Of a stretch of 32,000 nt of DNA, positions 1 to 10,484 are shown piece after piece. How positions within the stretch are numbered: the stretch's first letter is position 1; every line of letters begins with the position of its first letter. The position numbers were made by a program, and so were the translations under genes. The notes beneath the pieces are model-generated. The model was not told the origin of the DNA. It saw nothing but the letters and a program-made list of their open reading frames with translations, and did no database searches. The DNA is from Wolbachia endosymbiont of Onchocerca ochengi. Lineage in GTDB: Bacteria; Pseudomonadota; Alphaproteobacteria; Rickettsiales; Anaplasmataceae. Location: NCBI RefSeq assembly GCF_000306885.1, contig NC_018267.1, positions 510,001-542,000 on the forward strand. The letters run 5' to 3'.

Positions 1-1380
1 CTTGATTTTGGTAAAGATTTCATTAATTTACGTGGAAATGGTATGGTAAATAATACACAGCTAGTATTTGATCTAAAAAGTAGCAACAAAAATAGAAGTT
101 TTACTTGGAATTTGACCGGAGATTTACCTGCTAAAATACTTAATTTTGGTGGTGGCTATGTCAATACAAACATAGAGTCAGTGATAAATCAAGATAAGAC
201 TGGGTATATTAATGGTAACGTGGATTTATCAGAGCTTGAATCGCATTCAAGCTACTTAGGGCGAAAAAATCATTTTGAGGATCACAATAAGATTTTATTT
301 TCTACAAGGTTAAAAGGAGCAGGTGAGTTACTAATAGATAAATTAGATGTCATAGGAAGTGGCTTGGATATAAAATTTAGCGGAAAATTAGAAAATGGGA
401 ATTTATATCTAAACTCTAGCAACTTCAAACTACCAGATAATAACTTGAGTGTAGAGATTGAATTAGGTAAAGGGAAAAATATCATAACTATCTATGGTGA
501 GAAAATGAACTTGGGTGATATCTTGGATTTGCTTGGCAAAGATAGTAATGGATTAAGCAGTGACATAGAAGTTGGTATGGATATTGATAACGTAGTTATG
601 AAAGAAGATATCATTATTAAAAATGTTAAGCTGAATTTAACTTGTACTAAAGGTGATTGCAGTGGAAGTCGATTTACAGGACAGTTTTTGAAAGATAATG
701 GTGATATACTAGCAGAGTATAGTGGAATAGGTCTTGAAATATATACGGATAATTCAGGCATACTTTTGCGTTCTTTAGGCATTAGTAAATCAATTAAAAA
801 TGGCAAATTATCTTTTTATCTATCTCCTCAGAGAAAGAGTGGAGACCATTATGGTATGTTATCCATTAGTAATTTCTACGTCAAAGATGCTCCACTACTT
901 ACTACTTTGTTGTCGATGTCTTCATTACCTGGTATTGTGAACGTCATAAAGAATGAAGGTGTATATTTTGATAAGTGTAACGTACCTTTTTCATACAAAG
1001 ATGGTACTATTGAGATTGAAGAGTCCTGGCTTGAAGGAGCAGAATTAGGCATTAGCACCAGTGGTAAGTTCGATATTAAAGATCATAAGTTTCAGGTTGA
1101 AGGACAAGTAATACCAGCGTACTCAATTAATAAATCTCTATTAAAAATTCCTATAATTGGAAAACTTCTTACTGGTGGAAAAAGTAGAGGAATTATTTCA
1201 ATAGACTATAAAGCAAGTGGTGATGATAAAAATAGTAATGTATCTGTTAACCCTATCTTTTCGTTAACTCCAAGCCTATTTAAGAGATTGTTGGAAGTGT
1301 TTGATCGTGCTATGACAAAAACTAACGAGGCTATCACCAGAGGCATAAAAGGCAGTCTAAAAAGGAAATTCACCTTCTAG
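1..1380 (+). CDS. AsmA-like / YhdP-TamB-like large envelope protein, C-terminal part (5' partial, continues upstream of the window)
   Basis: Frame 1 is open from base 1 (LDFGKDFINLRGNG precedes the first Met at 43), with the stop at 1378-1380. The repetitive beta-rich sequence and the C-terminal motif GKLLTGGKSRGIISIDYKASGDDKNSNVSVNP resemble the conserved C-terminus of AsmA-like proteins. Family assignment is from memory of that motif. Confidence 0.55.
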   Translation, partial: LDFGKDFINLRGNGMVNNTQLVFDLKSSNKNRSFTWNLTGDLPAKILNFGGGYVNTNIESVINQDKTGYINGNVDLSELESHSSYLGRKNHFEDHNKILFSTRLKGAGELLIDKLDVIGSGLDIKFSGKLENGNLYLNSSNFKLPDNNLSVEIELGKGKNIITIYGEKMNLGDILDLLGKDSNGLSSDIEVGMDIDNVVMKEDIIIKNVKLNLTCTKGDCSGSRFTGQFLKDNGDILAEYSGIGLEIYTDNSGILLRSLGISKSIKNGKLSFYLSPQRKSGDHYGMLSISNFYVKDAPLLTTLLSMSSLPGIVNVIKNEGVYFDKCNVPFSYKDGTIEIEESWLEGAELGISTSGKFDIKDHKFQVEGQVIPAYSINKSLLKIPIIGKLLTGGKSRGIISIDYKASGDDKNSNVSVNPIFSLTPSLFKRLLEVFDRAMTKTNEAITRGIKGSLKRKFTF

Positions 1381-1507
1381 GGTTATGAGACTAAAAAAAT
1401 GTTATTCTGTTATTGAAATATAGATAATAGATAATATGCTTATGCTCTACTTGAGTGCTCACATACGCTATAAAAAGAAGTATTTAAGCTCTATTTTTTA
1501 TTTTCCA

Positions 1508-2275
1508 TTAAGTATTACTCTTTGTCTTCTTTTCAATATACCTACACACTATAATAGATAGCTCGTACAGAATCAACATTGGTACTGCGAGCCCTACTTG
1601 GCTTAATACATCAGGTGGAGTTAGAACTGCAGCAATAATAAAAATTACCACTATTGCAATTCTGCGCTTATTTGATAAACTTTGCGTGGTAAGTAATCCA
1701 ACCCTAACCATTAATGTGAGTATGACTGGGATTTGAAATGCAGTGCCAAATGCGAACATAAATTGGAGAACAAGGTCTAAATATTCACTAACTGATGGCA
1801 TAAACTCTATTGGTATACCGAAAGGTTTGCCACTATGTTCAAAAGTAATAAAAAACCTCCAAGCTAAAGGAAATATATAGTAATAAACTACAGCGGCTCC
1901 CATTATAAATAAGACCGGTGTTGCAATTAAATATGGTAACAACACTGCCCTTTCGCTTTTGTATAAGCCAGGTGCTAAAAACATATAAAATTTCCATGCA
2001 AATATAGGGAAGGAAAGTAAAAGGGCACTCATTATAGCAACTTTAAGGTATACAAAAAATGCCTCTGTCAAGTCTGTATAGATTAGAGAAAAGCCATTGC
2101 TTCCTTTTGTAGCTTCTATTAGAGGCGTGAGCAAAAAATAGTATATATTTTCTTTAAAATAGTAACAAAAACCAAAAACAATAAGAAAAAACAGAAAACA
2201 AAAAATGACCTTTCTTCTAAGCTCTGCAAAATGCTCATAAAATGAAGTATATTTATTTTGGTTTTTATTATTCAT
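1508..2275 (-). CDS. tatC: Sec-independent (Tat) protein translocase subunit TatC
   Basis: Polytopic membrane protein. FAELRRKVI near the N-terminus and the overall pattern match TatC. The ORF-track start at 2290 is a GTG. The ATG at 2275-2273 forms an ATGA overlap with the gap stop codon (2274-2272), so I prefer 2275 as the start. Confidence 0.9.
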   Translation of the reverse strand: MNNKNQNKYTSFYEHFAELRRKVIFCFLFFLIVFGFCYYFKENIYYFLLTPLIEATKGSNGFSLIYTDLTEAFFVYLKVAIMSALLLSFPIFAWKFYMFLAPGLYKSERAVLLPYLIATPVLFIMGAAVVYYYIFPLAWRFFITFEHSGKPFGIPIEFMPSVSEYLDLVLQFMFAFGTAFQIPVILTLMVRVGLLTTQSLSNKRRIAIVVIFIIAAVLTPPDVLSQVGLAVPMLILYELSIIVCRYIEKKTKSNT

Positions 2276-3258
2276 ACTCCATTGTAGCACAATAACACTA
2301 TGTCTAACATCCTAAGTGAGAAGGCCCATTCGTTATCGTACCACGCTGCAACTCTGCATATGTCACCTGTGACATATGTACCGGCTAAGTCTACAATTGC
2401 ACTGTAAGGGTTGTGTACAAAGTCTATTGAAACTAGAGGTTCCTCGCATATGGAAAGTACATAATTTTCTGAATTCCTAAACATTCTATTTATTTCCTTA
2501 GCTGTTACTTTCTTGTCAGTTGTAAATTTAAAATCAACCATAGAAACATTGCTGACCGGAACTCTGATGGCAGTACCGTCTAGTTTTCCCTTTAATTCAG
2601 GAATGATATAACTAATTGTTTTTGCTGCTCCAGTTGTAGTTGGCACTATAGATAATCCACAAGCTCTTGCTCTCCGTGGATCTTTATGATTGCCATCAAG
2701 AATGTTCTGATCGTTTGTATAGGCATGTACAGTAGTCATAAAGCCACTTCTTATACCTAGGTTAGAGTGTAAAACCTGCACAATCGGAGCTAAACAATTT
2801 GTAGTGCAAGAACCTGCTGATATTACCTTATGCTCTTTTTTTAGCATATTGTTGTTCACACCATGAACTATAGTTACATCAGCATCTGAAACTGGAGCAG
2901 AGACAACTATTCTTTCTGCGTTATGCCTTATTGCTTCTACGCGCTTATTAAATGCACCCGTGCATTCAAGTACTACGTCAACATTCCAAGGAATATTTTC
3001 AGGACTTCGTTCTCTATATAAAGAAAACTTTCTGCCGTTTATAGAAATCCAGTTTTCAGAGTCACTAAAACCAACGTTACCGTTGAATTTACCATGAATA
3101 GAGTCATATTTAATCGAATGTGCATGTTGCTTAGCACTGAGTGACCCATTTACAGCTACAACTTCTATTTGTTCACTGTACTTTTCTATTTCAAAAATAG
3201 CACGTAATACACTTTTTCCTATTCTACCAAGGCCATTAATTCCTATATAAATTGTCAT
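2272..3258 (-). CDS. gap: glyceraldehyde-3-phosphate dehydrogenase
   Basis: 328 aa. N-terminal NAD-binding GINGLGRIGK, catalytic SCTTNCLAP motif and C-terminal WYDNEW motif are present. ATG start confirmed at 3258-3256. Confidence 0.95.
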   Translation of the reverse strand: MTIYIGINGLGRIGKSVLRAIFEIEKYSEQIEVVAVNGSLSAKQHAHSIKYDSIHGKFNGNVGFSDSENWISINGRKFSLYRERSPENIPWNVDVVLECTGAFNKRVEAIRHNAERIVVSAPVSDADVTIVHGVNNNMLKKEHKVISAGSCTTNCLAPIVQVLHSNLGIRSGFMTTVHAYTNDQNILDGNHKDPRRARACGLSIVPTTTGAAKTISYIIPELKGKLDGTAIRVPVSNVSMVDFKFTTDKKVTAKEINRMFRNSENYVLSICEEPLVSIDFVHNPYSAIVDLAGTYVTGDICRVAAWYDNEWAFSLRMLDIVLLCYNGV

Positions 3259-3616
3259 TTTTTATCTAAATAATTTAATTATAGAGAATATTGTTTGATA
3301 TTTCATTCTGCTATACAAGTTAGCCTGCAAATTGTAGCGCTTGCACACTAAAAAGTATATGATGCTGAAACTCGAGAAAAGAGAAAGATACGACTTCCAG
3401 GCTAAAATATATCTCTTGCATAGCTAACATATGGTAAGAAATTTTAAAGAGGAACATAGATGAGCATCGCAGAATACTTGCAATGTTTGAGCGAGTATAG
3501 CAAGTTTTGATAAAAAGTTACCTGCCGGGAAAAAGTAGGTTACATGATGGATCTAATAATAGAAGTGATATAGTTAAATATCTATTTAAAACAGGGAACC
3601 TCTATCTATCTGTTCT

Positions 3617-5437
3617 TTATTTTTCCCTTTTTGCACGTTTACGTTCATTAGGATCAAGGAATTTCTTACGTAAACGTATAGACTTTGGAGTTACTTCCAC
3701 TAATTCATCGTCATTTATATATGCTATCATTTCCTCTAAAGTCATTATTTTTGGCGGAGTAAGTTTTATAGCTTCATCACTGCCTGTAGCTCTTATATTT
3801 GTTAACTGTTTGCCTTTGAGTACATTTATCTCTAAGTCGTTATCACGATTATGCTGACCAATAATCATACCACAATATATTTTGTCTTGTGGCTTAATGA
3901 ATATAACTCCCCTATCTTGTAAATTAAAAATTGCATACGCCACAGCTTCACCTTTATCAATGGAAATTAATACCCCATTACGCCTTCCAGAAATTGAACC
4001 TTTATATGGAGCATAACCATGGAATGAACGATTTATTATACCAGTACCTCGAGAATCAGTCAAAAGTTCTCCTTGATAGCCAATTAATCCTCTTGATGGT
4101 ACTAGAAATGTTAATCTTGTTCTACTATTACCAGAAGGTCTAATATCAGTTACTTCACCTTTGCGGAAACTGAGTTTTTCCATGATAATTCCACTATACT
4201 CATCATTTACATCAATTACCACCTCCTCTATAGGTTCAAGTTTTTTACCATCTTCTTCTTTAAAGAAGACCCGAGGACGTGAAATAGAAAGTTCGAAGCC
4301 TTCTCTCCTCATATTTTCAATTAACACTCCAAGTTGTAGCTCACCACGTCCACCGACTTCAAATGCCTCACCACTTGATGTTGTAGTTACAGTAATTGCA
4401 ACATTTGTTTCTGCTTCTGCATATAAACGGTTTTTTATAACAGTTGAAGTAAGTTTTGTTCCCTCTTGTCCGGCGAAAGGGGAGTCATTAACGCTTATAG
4501 TAATTGCCATTGTTGGTGGGTCAACCGGAGTTGAGCTTATTGCAGTTGTAGCTTCCGGTGCTGCTATGGTGTCTGAGACTGAAGCTTTTTCAAGCCCTGC
4601 AATTGCAATTATGTCACCTGCTACAGCTTGCTCTACTGGAATGCGTTTTAAGCCAGAAAATGATAGTAACTTAATTAATCTTCCTCGTTCAACTACTTTA
4701 CCATCGAGATTAAATACCTTAAGGTCAGAGTTGACTTTCACGATCCCTTGGTAAATTTTCCCTGTCAATATTCTGCCAAGAAATTTATCAGATTCAAGTA
4801 AAGTGACTAGCATAGCGAAAGGTGCATTTTGGTTATAAACAAGAGGTTTTATATGATCTATAGCTGTTGAAAATAATGGGCTTAAATCTTTTCTCTCGTC
4901 AGAAAGTTTCTTAATACACCAGCCATTCCTACCAGAAGCATACAATACTGGAAAATCTAGTTGCTCATTGGTTGCGTCAAGATTAAAAAACAGTTCATAT
5001 ATTTCGTTTAATACTTTATTGATTTTGCTACTTGGTCGATCAACCTTATTAATTATCACAATTGGCTTTAAATTCGCTTTTAGCGCTTTTGACAACACAA
5101 ACTTAGTTTGCGGCATTGGACCTTCTACAGCATCAACCAGTAGTAGCACTCCATCTGCCATGCATAGTACTCTTTCTACTTCTCCACCAAAGTCTGCATG
5201 CCCTGGTGTATCAATAATGTTGATCTTCTCATTGCCCCACATTATTGATGTGCATTTTGCAAGTATTGTAATTCCGCGTTCACGCTCTTGATCGCCACTA
5301 TCCATAATTCGCTCTTGTACTTCTTGGTTCTCACGAAACATGCCACTTTGTTTTAACATGTTATCAAGTAAAGTAGTCTTGCCGTGGTCGACATGCGCAA
5401 TTATTGCGATATTACGAATCGATTTGAATGCATTCAT
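3617..5437 (-). CDS. typA: translational GTPase TypA/BipA
   Basis: 606 aa. G1 AHVDHGKTT, G3 DTPGHADF and G4 NKVD motifs, with EF-G-like domain order and length typical of BipA. ATG start confirmed. Confidence 0.93.
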   Translation of the reverse strand: MNAFKSIRNIAIIAHVDHGKTTLLDNMLKQSGMFRENQEVQERIMDSGDQERERGITILAKCTSIMWGNEKINIIDTPGHADFGGEVERVLCMADGVLLLVDAVEGPMPQTKFVLSKALKANLKPIVIINKVDRPSSKINKVLNEIYELFFNLDATNEQLDFPVLYASGRNGWCIKKLSDERKDLSPLFSTAIDHIKPLVYNQNAPFAMLVTLLESDKFLGRILTGKIYQGIVKVNSDLKVFNLDGKVVERGRLIKLLSFSGLKRIPVEQAVAGDIIAIAGLEKASVSDTIAAPEATTAISSTPVDPPTMAITISVNDSPFAGQEGTKLTSTVIKNRLYAEAETNVAITVTTTSSGEAFEVGGRGELQLGVLIENMRREGFELSISRPRVFFKEEDGKKLEPIEEVVIDVNDEYSGIIMEKLSFRKGEVTDIRPSGNSRTRLTFLVPSRGLIGYQGELLTDSRGTGIINRSFHGYAPYKGSISGRRNGVLISIDKGEAVAYAIFNLQDRGVIFIKPQDKIYCGMIIGQHNRDNDLEINVLKGKQLTNIRATGSDEAIKLTPPKIMTLEEMIAYINDDELVEVTPKSIRLRKKFLDPNERKRAKREK

Positions 5438-5726
5438 TTCTTATCATTTTAAGTTTAATTTAGTAATAAGTATATATGTAATATATCTGGAGTAAATAAC
5501 CAAAGCTATGTAGAAGGAGATGCCATTCAAGTATCTGACAGATAACACACAAGGAAATTCAATAATTTATAAGGATTAATTTAAGTTAATAATTAAAAAA
5601 TTTATGAGTAAATCACGTATCTATAGTGATTATGGAAAACAGTAAAAATATAAGTAAAAGCTAATTTATTTAAAAAAATAGTGAGAGATTTTTATAAACG
5701 TACTACGATAAAAAATCAAACTCCAC

Positions 5727-6831
5727 TTAATTTTTATTAGTGAGCATGTTAACTATAAAACAATCTATATTACCATCAAAAACGGAGTTTATATTACCAA
5801 CTTCATATCCAGTCCTTAAATCTTTCACCATTTGATACGGATGCATAATGTATGACCTGATTTGATTGCCCCAACCTATGTTGCATTTTTTATCATAATC
5901 TTGAGCTGTTTTTTGTTCTTTTTTTTTCAGTTCAATTTTATATAAACGTCCTTTAAGTAGTTTTAATGCCTCATTTTTATTTTGATGTTGAGACCGGCTG
6001 TTTTGGCACTGAATTATAACACCTGTTGGAATATGCGTTATACGCACTGCACTTTCAGTTTTGTTTACATGCTGACCTCCTGCTCCTGAAGCGCGGTAAG
6101 TATCAATCCTTAAATCCTTTTCATCTACAGCAATATCAATTGAATCTTCTATTACCGGGGTAACTCCTACACTTGCAAAACTGGTATGGCGTTTACTGTT
6201 TGCATCAAATGGCGATATTCTGACCAATCTGTGAATACCACTTTCACTTTTTGCCCATCCATAAGCTTTTTCTCCAATGATCTTTATCGTTGTAGATTTT
6301 ATTCCGACTGATTCCCCTTCTAATTTTTCCACAATTTCGACTTTAAAGTCATGATAAATTTCAGCCCACCTTATATACATATTCATAAGCATTTCAGCCC
6401 AATCGTTGCTCTCTGTTCCTCCAGCTCCTGAGTGGATTTCTAAAAAGCAGTCATTAATATCTGCTTTACCAGTAAATAAAGATTCTGCTTCTTTACGCTT
6501 GATTAGTTTCTCTAGTTCTATTAGTTCATTTTCAACTTCAGAGAAAAATTCTTTATCATTCTCATTAATAGCAGATTTCATTAAGGTAACAACATCCTTG
6601 TAGTCACTTTCTAGCTTTAAAAATGACTCTACATCATTCTTGATTTTAGAGCGCTCTTTTAAAATTTTTTGAGCCTTTTGGTTATCTTGCCATAGATTAT
6701 CACCTGCAGCTTGAGATTCTAAATCTACAAGGCGTGACTTTAATTTCTCTATGTCAAAGACACCTCCTGATAACTGAAATGCTTTTAGCTAAGCTCTGGA
6801 AATGTTTAAAGATTTCTAAATGAGTTTTCAT
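5727..6831 (-). CDS. prfB: peptide chain release factor 2, requiring a programmed +1 frameshift; minus-strand join of 6831..6757 (25 codons, MKTHLEIFKHFQSLAKSISVIRRCL) and 6755..5727
   Basis: The long ORF carries the SPF tripeptide (RISPFD) and GGQ (SGAGGQHVN). The upstream frame starts at ATG 6831-6829 and hits an in-frame TGA at 6756-6754. Skipping T6756 joins GAC 6755-6753 in frame with the 5727-6581 ORF (6755-6581=174, a multiple of 3). The product is about 367 aa and aligns with E. coli LRGYL*DYDAKKERL as IRRCL*DIEKLKSRL. Confidence 0.93.
6753..6768 (-). promoter_or_regulatory. prfB autoregulatory +1 frameshift site, AGGAGG TGT CTT TGA C
   Basis: Read directly on the minus strand. An internal Shine-Dalgarno-like AGGAGG (6768-6763) lies 3 nt before the slippery CTT (6759-6757), followed by TGA C. 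This is the same architecture as the E. coli site AGGGGG TAT CTT TGA C. Confidence 0.9.
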
Positions 6832-6985
6832 TACGCTTTAGGTTTTAGTATATTCACTATCAATAGCAATAACAGTACACAAAATAGAAATTTAACCATA
6901 TAATAGTTAATTTAAAACAATCTTATTATACTCTAATGTTTAAATGAATCAAGTATGTGTATTTATTGAGAAGTAAGGTAAAAAT

Positions 6986-8356
6986 ATGAATGTTGAAATA
7001 AATTCTCATTATGGCTTAGATAAAAAAGCTATTGATGACCTAATTGAATCACTTGATAACGAAAAGTTAGAAAATGCTCGTAAGATTGTAAAAACAATAG
7101 ATAGCATTCAGTTAGCATATTTTTTATCCACTTCAATCAGTGATCACAGAGAAAAACTAGTTAGTATTTTAGACCAACACTTGTTAAGTGATGCTTTAGT
7201 GCATGTAGTACCAGATTTACAAGTAGAAATCATAGAAACACTAGGAGTGAAAGATACCGCAGAGTTATTAATGCTTCTTAACGTAGAAGATATAGTAACC
7301 ATAGTCAAAGATTTAGATAGAAAGTCTATAAGAAACATACTTAACTACTTGCCTAGTACAACTCGAAAGCCAGTAGAGGAGTTATTATCGTATCCAGAAG
7401 AAAGTGCAGGAAGGTTGATACATAAAAATATGGTTATAGCTCCATATTATTGGACGATAAATGAACTAATAGAATTTTTGCGTAACTATAAAAAAATACC
7501 AGAAAAATTTCATCAAATCTTTATAATTAATTCAAAACTTGAACCTATAGGTAGTGTTAACTTAAGTAAGGTAATATTCAATTCAGGGCAAACAACAATA
7601 AAAGAGATAATGAGCCAAGATATAAAGATCATTAAAACTGGAGTGGATCAAGAGGAAGTAGCAAGAATATTTAAAGATTACTCTTTACTATCAGCTCCAG
7701 TAGTAAATAAGCGAGGTAAGATTATAGGTGTGATTTTAATCGAAGACGTCATAAAAGTTGTTCAACAAGAAACAGAGGAGGACGTACTTAAAATAAGCGG
7801 TGTATCTTCTAAAGCCGATATAAATGCTCCTATACATAAAACTATAATTCAAAGGTTACCTTGGTTATTATTTAATCTCTTAGCAGCAACACTATGTTCT
7901 ATAGTAGTTGGTTTTTTCGATAGTGTAATAGAAAGCTTTGTAGTACTCCCAATAATTATGCCAATAATTACATCGATGAGCGGAAACGCAGGATCTCAAA
8001 CAGTAACGTTAACCATCAGGGCAATCGCAACAAAACATTTAACTGAGCAAAATGCGAACAGAATACTGATAAAAGAGTTTTTGATAGGTTTGATAAATGG
8101 AATAATTCTATCTATTATTTCGCTTGTGGTATTAACAATAAGATTTCACACTTTTAAAGTGGAGATTATTTTTGTGGCTTCCATGGTTATGATGTCGACT
8201 ATTGCAACGTTTATTGGAACTTTCATTCCTATAATGCTCCATCGTTTAAAATCCGACCCTGCCGTTTCTTCTTCAATCCTAACATCAGCCACAACTGATA
8301 TTCTTTCAGCTTTTATATTTCTCAGTTTAGCTGCGTTTTTTCTGCTGAATAACTAA
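6986..8356 (+). CDS. mgtE: magnesium transporter MgtE
   Basis: 456 aa. It has an N-terminal MgtE-N type helical domain, a central CBS pair ([12 protein letters not shown]..., [17 protein letters not shown]) and a C-terminal 5-TM domain with [14 protein letters not shown]. Confidence 0.9.
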   Translation: MNVEINSHYGLDKKAIDDLIESLDNEKLENARKIVKTIDSIQLAYFLSTSISDHREKLVSILDQHLLSDALVHVVPDLQVEIIETLGVKDTAELLMLLNVEDIVTIVKDLDRKSIRNILNYLPSTTRKPVEELLSYPEESAGRLIHKNMVIAPYYWTINELIEFLRNYKKIPEKFHQIFIINSKLEPIGSVNLSKVIFNSGQTTIKEIMSQDIKIIKTGVDQEEVARIFKDYSLLSAPVVNKRGKIIGVILIEDVIKVVQQETEEDVLKISGVSSKADINAPIHKTIIQRLPWLLFNLLAATLCSIVVGFFDSVIESFVVLPIIMPIITSMSGNAGSQTVTLTIRAIATKHLTEQNANRILIKEFLIGLINGIILSIISLVVLTIRFHTFKVEIIFVASMVMMSTIATFIGTFIPIMLHRLKSDPAVSSSILTSATTDILSAFIFLSLAAFFLLNN

Positions 8357-9351
8357 GTTTTTCTAAAGCAAACCTGATGTACAGCTTCAACTATATCTTC
8401 TATTCGCGGTAACGCTTTTTTTTCTAGGTTTGCAGCATAGGGTAAAGGAACATCTTTGCCAGTTACTCTTACAACTGGGGCATCAAGATAATCAAACCCA
8501 TGTTCCATAATAATGGCTGATAACTCTGCTCCTACTCCTGCAAACGGCCAACCCTCTTCTATACTCACTAATTTATTAGTCTTTTTAATAGAATTAATAA
8601 CAGTTTCAGTGTCAAATGGTCTTAAAGTTCTAAGATCAATAACTTCAGCTTCTATGCCTTCATTTAGAAGCAAATCTGCTGCATTTAAAGCATCCACTAA
8701 CTTTAACGAAAAAGCAGTGATAGTTACGTCTTTTCCTTTTCGGATAACAGCAGCTTTACCTATTTCAAGTAGATAATCTTTATTTGATAGCTCGGAATCA
8801 GAAACTTTGTGCTTATGTCCATAAGCGATCTCGTTTTCTAAAAATATTACTGGATCTGGATCACGAATTGCTGCTTTGAGCAAACCTCTACAATCGGAGG
8901 CAAAGTAGGGTGCTATCACTTTTAATCCTGGTACGTGCGAGTACCAAGATGCAAAGCATTGAGAATGTTGTGCAGCAACTCTCGCTGCAGCGCCATTTGG
9001 TCCACGAAATACTATAGAGCATCCAAGTTGCCCACCTGACATGTAATTTGTTTTTGCTGCAGAGTTCACGATTTGATCGATAGCCTGCATGGAAAAATTA
9101 AAAGTCATAAACTCAACTATTGGCTTGAGTCCAGCAAGTGCTGCTCCAACAGCAAGACCAGCAAATCCATGTTCAGTAATAGGTGTATCAATTACCCTAC
9201 TTTCTCCAAATTCTTTTAGCAACCCTTTTGTCACTTTATAGGCACCATCGTACTCTGCAATCTCTTCACCTATGATAAAAACATCATGATCGTTTTGCAT
9301 TTCTTCTCTGATTGCTGTGCATAAAGCTTCTCTAACGCTTAAAGTTGCCAT
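8353..9351 (-). CDS. pdhB: pyruvate dehydrogenase E1 component, beta subunit
   Basis: 332 aa. The transketolase-like pyrimidine-binding and C-terminal domains are present ([38 protein letters not shown]), which is typical of E1-beta. It has no N-terminal lipoyl domain. ATG start confirmed. Confidence 0.9.
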   Translation of the reverse strand: MATLSVREALCTAIREEMQNDHDVFIIGEEIAEYDGAYKVTKGLLKEFGESRVIDTPITEHGFAGLAVGAALAGLKPIVEFMTFNFSMQAIDQIVNSAAKTNYMSGGQLGCSIVFRGPNGAAARVAAQHSQCFASWYSHVPGLKVIAPYFASDCRGLLKAAIRDPDPVIFLENEIAYGHKHKVSDSELSNKDYLLEIGKAAVIRKGKDVTITAFSLKLVDALNAADLLLNEGIEAEVIDLRTLRPFDTETVINSIKKTNKLVSIEEGWPFAGVGAELSAIIMEHGFDYLDAPVVRVTGKDVPLPYAANLEKKALPRIEDIVEAVHQVCFRKT

Positions 9352-9594
9352 TTATAAACTTTTGTAGACTTTTACTAAGGTGACTATATCAAAATTACCA
9401 GGGCCTAGTAAAGTAGTATATTTCTATAGAGAAAGAGTTTTGTGCTATTTTTGCTCTATGGGTCATGTGTTTACAACAAGTTTACTCTTTATGCTATAGC
9501 TTTTTCTTCTATTAGTAATTTTTTCAATATGAACTTAACTCGATTTAGATATGCATTTGCCAGTAGCTCTGATCTGTACCTTCGTTAAGGTCAA

Positions 9595-9945
9595 AAGATC
9601 TGTTTTTCTTAATCTTTTATTTTAGTTTTTATTTTTTCTAATTTTTCTTATTAAAGTCTGCTTCTTTTTTTTAGTAGACACTCTATTTCATCTGAATGAT
9701 TAGATTATTGTGTGTAGCATGATGTAAAAGAGTTCATTCATGTTTCCGCTTGTTACGTTAAGACCTGTTTTGCTTTTTGCCTTGGATGGTATTAAATCTT
9801 CAGTTAGATAATCTATTAATTTTGCTGTTTTTTTCTTGGTCTTTTTCTCAAAAATCTATAAATGTTTTGCCGTTTATACTATAATGTACAAGTAATATAG
9901 GTTAAAACAACATTTCCAATCTTCGTCTTCTAGATCTGTTTGCCT
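9595..9945. repeat. copy A of a diverged, indel-rich duplicated segment inside the pdhB-dnaJ spacer
   Basis: Collinear anchors are shared with copy B at offsets of 850-908 bp. gtagcatgat at 9714 matches 10565 and acgttaag at 9755 matches 10605, with about 70% identity across the intervening ~60 nt. attaat(a)ttttgct at 9815 matches 10694, ttttgcc..t.tt.a.ctat.a at 9864 matches 10772, ttctagatct(t)gttt at 9928 matches 10811, and ctgttttt..at.cttttattt at 9600 matches 10489. Confidence 0.45.
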
Positions 9946-10484
9946 CAATATATATTTCACTTTATCGTTATTACCATTACAGGATATAAACACTACATTG
10001 TATAGAGTGTTATGTAGTGAACATAAGGTTTTTATTGGTGATAAATATTTGTTTTGATCTTGTTGTGTCAATCAGCAGTGGTGTATGAAAAGGCTAAAAT
10101 TTATTTATATTTTATGCTTAACTTACACTGAAAAAAACTTGCTTATAAGTTTTTATATAAATAACATTACTTGAGCCTGAGTTTTGAGTTTCTATAGTAA
10201 ATATAGTTCTAACATTGTATATGTGAGCCGCTAGCTATTAACGTAGATGTTATAAGAGTTATAATTGTTAACAGAATAAGTGAGCCAGAAGCAATATACT
10301 AAGAATAGTACCCATCGCCTATTTTAACATAACTACAAGACCAACATAAACAACTTTTGAGGAGAATTGCCTTTTCTCTGTTTTCTTAATTCGCCTTTAT
10401 TTAAATCTGTTCTACTCTTGATTTTTTCCTGCAAAGAATTCTATAATTTTATTAATTTGTTGTGGTAGCAAGATCTAAAGGACT

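Noticed and set aside
282-1058. Three minus-strand ORFs (282-485, 492-806, 876-1058) inside the AsmA-like gene
   Set aside because: They are antisense shadow ORFs within a long, well-supported plus-strand frame. Their S/L/P/F-rich translations are typical of the reverse strand of AT-rich coding DNA.
3460-3510. 16-codon mini-ORF (MSIAEYLQCLSEYSKF) with an AAGAGGA SD-like sequence in the gap-typA spacer
   Set aside because: It is too short to evaluate. It lies on the strand opposite to both flanking genes and I cannot assess its conservation. It could be tested as a leader peptide or small protein only with expression data.
3507-5291. Plus-strand ORFs 3507-3857, 3931-4143, 4161-4754 and 4968-5291 opposite typA
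   Set aside because: All lie antisense to the unambiguous BipA GTPase gene, have low-complexity S/T/L/I-rich products and contain no motif.
6406-8776. Short ORFs 6406-6603, 7144-7338 and 8513-8776 opposite prfB, mgtE and pdhB
   Set aside because: They are antisense shadows of confidently identified genes.
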